From contig JASHOK010000006.1 of the NCBI GenBank assembly GCA_030041175.1, positions 71,710 through 135,709 of the forward strand: a stretch of 64,000 nucleotides of DNA, read 5' to 3'. A program made the translations under genes and the position numbers. This DNA is from Thermoplasmata archaeon. Its GTDB lineage: Archaea; Thermoplasmatota; Thermoplasmata; Lutacidiplasmatales; UBA184. Below are positions 60,986 through 64,000 of the stretch, one piece after another (positions within the stretch are counted from its first letter, which is position 1; every line of letters starts with the position of its first letter). The notes beneath the pieces are model-generated. The model did no database searches and was not told where the DNA came from. It saw nothing but the letters and a program-made list of their open reading frames with translations.

Positions 60986-61474
60986 ATGCCGGTGCAGGAG
61001 TTGTCGCTCCAGTTGCCCAACCGGCCCGGGCAGATGGCCGAGATTCTCCGGCACCTGGCCCGTGAGCGAATCAACATCGCGGCGGTCTCGGTCGACTCGA
61101 CGCGTACCCGTGGACGGATCCGACTCGTTGTGAGCGATCCGGACCGGGTGCTCCAGATCATGCGCCAGGCGCGGATTCCCGTCGAAACGCGGGAGCTCAT
61201 CACCGTCGCCTTGGAGGACCGCCCCGGGAGCCTCCTGCAGGCTCTCGACCTCCTCGCGAAGCACGGGGTCAACATCCTGAGCATCACGCTGCTCGTGACC
61301 CGGGAACAGTCGCGCGCGCTCGTCGCGCTCTCGGTCGATAACCATCCCAAGGCGCGGAGGGTGCTCACCGAGGGTGGCTTTCTCTCCCAAGATCCCTCGC
61401 ACCACATCACCAACGCCGACCTGTTGGGTGTCAGCCCGGCCATTCCCTCGGAATCGGTCGGCATGCTGCTCTAG
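60986..61474 (+). CDS. Tandem ACT-domain protein
   Basis: There are two repeats of the ACT pattern: L.LQLPNRPGQMAEILRHLARERINIAAVSV and ITVALEDRPGSLLQALDLLAKHGVNILSITL. Start at the internal ATG (MPVQEL..). Confidence 0.8.
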   Translation: MPVQELSLQLPNRPGQMAEILRHLARERINIAAVSVDSTRTRGRIRLVVSDPDRVLQIMRQARIPVETRELITVALEDRPGSLLQALDLLAKHGVNILSITLLVTREQSRALVALSVDNHPKARRVLTEGGFLSQDPSHHITNADLLGVSPAIPSESVGMLL

Positions 61475-61537
61475 GCCCGAGATCCGCCGCTCTCGGCGGA
61501 AAAGGTGATAGAGGCTCACCCCTCAGCCGCGGACGGC

Positions 61538-61609
61538 GCGGTTGTGGTCTAGTGGTTAGGACGGTAGCTTCCCAAGCTACCTACCCGGGTTCGAATCCCG
61601 GCAACCGCA
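61538..61609 (+). tRNA. tRNA-Gly (anticodon CCC), no intron
   Basis: The sequence reads GCGGTTG-TG-GTCT-AGTGGTTA-GGAC-G-GTAGC-TTCCCAA-GCTAC-CTAC-CCGGG-TTCGAAT-CCCGG-CAACCGC-A. All stems pair. No CCA is encoded. Confidence 0.92.
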
Positions 61610-61628
61610 TCCCGGACGAGGTCAGGGC

Positions 61629-62408
61629 ATGTCGGAACGAGCCGACTCCGAGGGATTCGGGTACTGGTACGACGACAAGCAGGGCGAGGTCGGGGACAAC
61701 TGGCATCGGACCCTGATTGACCCCGGCCTGTTCGCCCGTATCGGAATCCTCCCCCCGGGGACCCGGGTCCTCGACCTGGGCTGCGGGAACGGGTATCTCT
61801 GTCGTCGGCTGGCCCGGGCCGGCGCCCGCGTCGTCGGGGTGGATCGGTCCCCGGAGCTCCTCGAGCGTGCACGGGCACGGGAGCGGACGGAACCCCTGGG
61901 CGTGGTCTACGTAGAGACGGACGCCGCGGACCTCCGCCCGCTGGGCGACGCCGAGTTCGACCTAGCCATCGCGAACATGTCCCTCCTCGACATCGAGGAT
62001 GCGGCGACCTCCCTCCGGGAACTCGGCCGCGTGATCCGGCCCGGGGGACGCCTGGTCGCGTCCATCAGTCACCCGTGCTTCGACATCGATACCCGGTCGC
62101 ACTATGAGCTGGACGACTCCTCGAGTCCTCCGACAGTCTACCGGGCGGTCACCGGCTATCGCACGCCCCACTCGGATCGGTATCCGTGGGTGCTGCCGGA
62201 CGGCCGTACCGTCTGGACCGTCGGATATCATCGACCCCTGAGCTGGTACGTGAAGGCCCTCCGGGAGGCCGCCTTCGTCCTGCTCGATGTGGAGGAGCCC
62301 TCCCCCGCCGCGGGCTTTTCGTCGCAACGAATTCCGGCGGACTGGGTCGCGCAGATCCCGTTGCACCTCGTGCTCGAGGCCCGCCGCGAGCCCCCGACCG
62401 TCGGATGA
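61629..62408 (+). CDS. Class I SAM-dependent methyltransferase
   Basis: Motif I reads RVLDLGCGNGYLCRRLARAGARVVGVDRS, followed by ..FDLAIANMSL.. and IRPGGRLV. Confidence 0.8.
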   Translation: MSERADSEGFGYWYDDKQGEVGDNWHRTLIDPGLFARIGILPPGTRVLDLGCGNGYLCRRLARAGARVVGVDRSPELLERARARERTEPLGVVYVETDAADLRPLGDAEFDLAIANMSLLDIEDAATSLRELGRVIRPGGRLVASISHPCFDIDTRSHYELDDSSSPPTVYRAVTGYRTPHSDRYPWVLPDGRTVWTVGYHRPLSWYVKALREAAFVLLDVEEPSPAAGFSSQRIPADWVAQIPLHLVLEARREPPTVG

Positions 62409-62429
62409 ACCGCCGGCCCCGGAGCTCGA

Positions 62430-63122
62430 TCAGGCCTTTCCGCAGCGGTGAAGAAGGCGACGCGGGGTCTCCTCGAGTACGCGCGCGAGATGCGACTCCG
62501 GGAGTCCCGCGCCCCGAGCGATCTGGCGCGCCATCTCCGTCGAGACCAGCTGCTCCGTCTTGTGGGCGTCGGAGTCGACCACGAGGTCGTTGCCGACCTC
62601 GAGGGCGGTTCGTACCACATGGCCGTTGGCCCGACCGTGGAGTGTCCGTGCACTGACCTCGAGCACCACATCGTGGGCTTTCGCGAGCTCCGCCTCCTCC
62701 ACGGTGATGAATCCCGGGTGCGCAAGGACATCCACCTCGTTGAGCTCCACAGCGGCTCGATTCGTTCCGGCGAACACCGGCTCGGCGACCGTCTCACCGT
62801 GAACGATCACGATCTCGGCGCCGGCCCGGCGTGCGGCGCGCACCGCCTCGGGGATGTACCGGGGTGGGACCATCGTCACTTCGACGCCGACGAGGGTGAG
62901 AAGGTCGGTGCCTTCCCAGGCCCGGGCCTCTGCGCGCAGCGTGTCGAGGATGGGACCAGGGTCCTGGAGCGCCACATGGTCCGTGATGGCCAGGGCCCGA
63001 TGGCCGATCCGGTCGGCAGCGTACCACATGCTGCTCGCCGACTCCTCGCCATCGGTCAGGTAGGTGTGAGAATGGAAATCGTAGCGATTCCGCGGGAGGG
63101 AGGTCCGGGGAGCGGCCGCCAT
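62430..63122 (-). CDS. PHP-domain metal-dependent phosphoesterase
   Basis: Motifs present: YDFHSHTYLTDGE, ALAITDH, VGVEV, IVIVHGE, VLAHPG and VVDSDAH. Start at the ATG at 63122, because the longer track ORF would run into the tRNA-Tyr gene. Confidence 0.8.
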   Translation of the reverse strand: MAAAPRTSLPRNRYDFHSHTYLTDGEESASSMWYAADRIGHRALAITDHVALQDPGPILDTLRAEARAWEGTDLLTLVGVEVTMVPPRYIPEAVRAARRAGAEIVIVHGETVAEPVFAGTNRAAVELNEVDVLAHPGFITVEEAELAKAHDVVLEVSARTLHGRANGHVVRTALEVGNDLVVDSDAHKTEQLVSTEMARQIARGAGLPESHLARVLEETPRRLLHRCGKA

Positions 63123-63188
63123 ACGAAGTGTCGGGACCCAGCCTTGGATACGAGGTTTGCTCCCCGATGCCGGCGCCACAGCCCGGAG

Positions 63189-63294
63189 TCCCGGCTGCCT
63201 GACTCGAACAGGCGACCTGAGGATGTCCATGGGGGCCGCCGGCGACCGGCGGTCTCGACTACAGTCCCCCGCTCTACCACTGAGCTAAGCCGGG
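63189..63294 (-). tRNA. tRNA-Tyr (anticodon GUA) with a 34-nt intron at 37/38
   Basis: The minus strand reads CCCGGCT-TA-GCTC-AGTGGTA-GAGC-G-GGGGA-CTGTAG[34 nt]A-TCCTC-AGGTC-GCCTG-TTCGAGT-CAGGC-AGCCGGG-A. The C1-G72 pair is the archaeal/eukaryal Tyr identity pair. The anticodon pairs with the intron 3' end (CUGU/AUGG) between the 3-nt bulges AGU and ACA. Confidence 0.9.
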
Positions 63295-63319
63295 CTCGTG
63301 AGGAGGACCTTCCTCGGGG

Positions 63320-63325
63320 TATAAA
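63320..63325 (-). promoter_or_regulatory. TATA box (TTTATA on the minus strand) about 26 nt upstream of the tRNA-Tyr 5' end
   Basis: The plus strand reads TATAAA at 63320-63325. The tRNA 5' end is at 63294. This spacing is the canonical archaeal box A position. Confidence 0.55.
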
Positions 63326-63333
63326 CTTCTGGG

Positions 63334-63963
63334 TTATGCTAGCGCCGCGCGCACCCGAGCGGCCACTTCGTCCACCGAGCCGGAGGCGCTGACCGTCCGG
63401 AGTCGGCCCTGACGACGATACTGGTCCAGCAGCGGAAGCGTGACCTCCCGGTACACCCTGAGCCGGGTACGGACCGCTTCCTCGGTGTCGTCCGACCGCT
63501 GTACCAGCGGCGTCCCATCTCGGTCACACCGACCCGGGACCTTCGGGGGCTGCGTGACCAGGTTGTACACCGTCCCGCAGGTAGGGCAGTTGCGCCGCTG
63601 AGAGAGCCGCTCGACCAGCACGCCTTCGGGGATCTCAAAGTAGAGCACGTGGTCGATGGGCGTGATCTCGACCAGGCTCTCGGCTTGCGCCACGTTCCGC
63701 GGATATCCGTCCAGGATGAACCCGCGGCGGGTATCGGAAGACTCCAGCCGGGCCCGCAGAATGCCCAGGACCAGCTCGTCGGGGACGAGCTTCCCCTGGC
63801 TCATGAAGGCCTCGGCGCGCCGTCCGAGTTCCGTGCCTTGCGCGGCCGCGGCGCGCAGCATTTCCCCCGTGGACAAGTGCGGGATCCCGAGTTCCTGGGA
63901 GAGGAGTTTCGCCTGCGTTCCCTTCCCGGCCCCGGGCGGGCCGAGGAGGATAATGCGGTTCAT
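63334..63963 (-). CDS. adk: Adenylate kinase (long bacterial-type with zinc lid)
   Basis: The P-loop reads MNRIILLGPPGAGKGTQAK. Further motifs are HLSTGEMLR and GFILDGYPRN, with the lid CPTCGTVYN....PP...G.CD.DG..L.QR.DD. Confidence 0.93.
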   Translation of the reverse strand: MNRIILLGPPGAGKGTQAKLLSQELGIPHLSTGEMLRAAAAQGTELGRRAEAFMSQGKLVPDELVLGILRARLESSDTRRGFILDGYPRNVAQAESLVEITPIDHVLYFEIPEGVLVERLSQRRNCPTCGTVYNLVTQPPKVPGRCDRDGTPLVQRSDDTEEAVRTRLRVYREVTLPLLDQYRRQGRLRTVSASGSVDEVAARVRAALA

Positions 63964-64000
63964 CCGAGGTCGGGACGGGGAGGACCGTATAGCGTTGGCC

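Noticed and set aside
62430-63230. 266-aa version of the PHP-domain gene
   Set aside because: The N-terminal extension would overlap the tRNA-Tyr gene (63189..63294). The internal ATG at 63122 precedes the conserved DFHSHT motif.
1-64000. Search for CRISPR arrays, rRNA genes, integrases/transposases and IS inverted repeats
   Set aside because: By-eye reading found no regularly spaced repeats, no rRNA-like conserved blocks, and no ORF with integrase (R..H..R..Y) or DDE transposase signatures. The absence is not proven without a computational scan.

Overview
This is a GC-rich archaeal chromosomal segment. G+C looks like roughly two thirds by eye and was not computed. All homology calls rest on motifs I recognised in the supplied translations and in my own hand translations; no searches were run.

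The archaeal assignment, probably Thermoplasmatota-like, rests on:
- fibrillarin and ribosomal protein S3Ae/eS1
- three of the four tRNAs carrying bulge-helix-bulge introns at position 37/38
- a tRNA-Tyr with C1-G72
- a thermopsin-like surface protease
- a proline iminopeptidase closely resembling tricorn-interacting factor F1
- a pilin with a class III signal peptide

Housekeeping and metabolic content:
- an 8-gene heme operon, hemA-C-D-B-Q-L-E-H
- an HPS-RraA fusion, RidA, Dps, Hsp20 and adenylate kinase
- a PadR plus ABC-2 exporter operon
- an APC permease, an MFS transporter and a DUF885 protein
- several SAM methyltransferases and an aldehyde-detoxification group (VOC, GlcG, formaldehyde-dehydrogenase-like ADH)

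Most interesting loci:
1. 4.4-10.8 kb: a tightly coupled minus-strand operon encoding a VirB4-like ATPase, a VirB6-like polytopic protein, a candidate VirB2-like pilin, small membrane proteins and a PKD-repeat surface protein. No relaxase, coupling protein or integrase is present. This resembles a Ced/Ted-type conjugation-derived DNA transfer machine more than a plasmid T4SS.
2. 53.4-60.8 kb: a type IV filament locus with two paralogous FlaI/PilB-type ATPases, a platform protein split into two TadB/TadC-like genes and one large pilin.
3. Each of these two machineries sits next to its own orphan beta-class DNA methyltransferase.
4. Two paralogous class III nucleotide cyclase / TolB-like / TPR proteins flank a small relBE-type toxin-antitoxin islet bounded by tRNA T-arm-like direct repeats.
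5. A ChlI-like AAA+ protein with a zinc-ribbon insert is paired with a coiled-coil vWA protein.
6. An HTH_10 regulator is fused to MGMT, which is Ada-like in logic.
7. Two well-supported genes (the ADH and the RelE-like toxin) have CTG as their only plausible start codon.

Many long Arg/Gly/Pro-rich ORFs in the track are antisense or alternate-frame artefacts of the high GC content and were rejected. I found no CRISPR array, rRNA gene, integrase or transposase.
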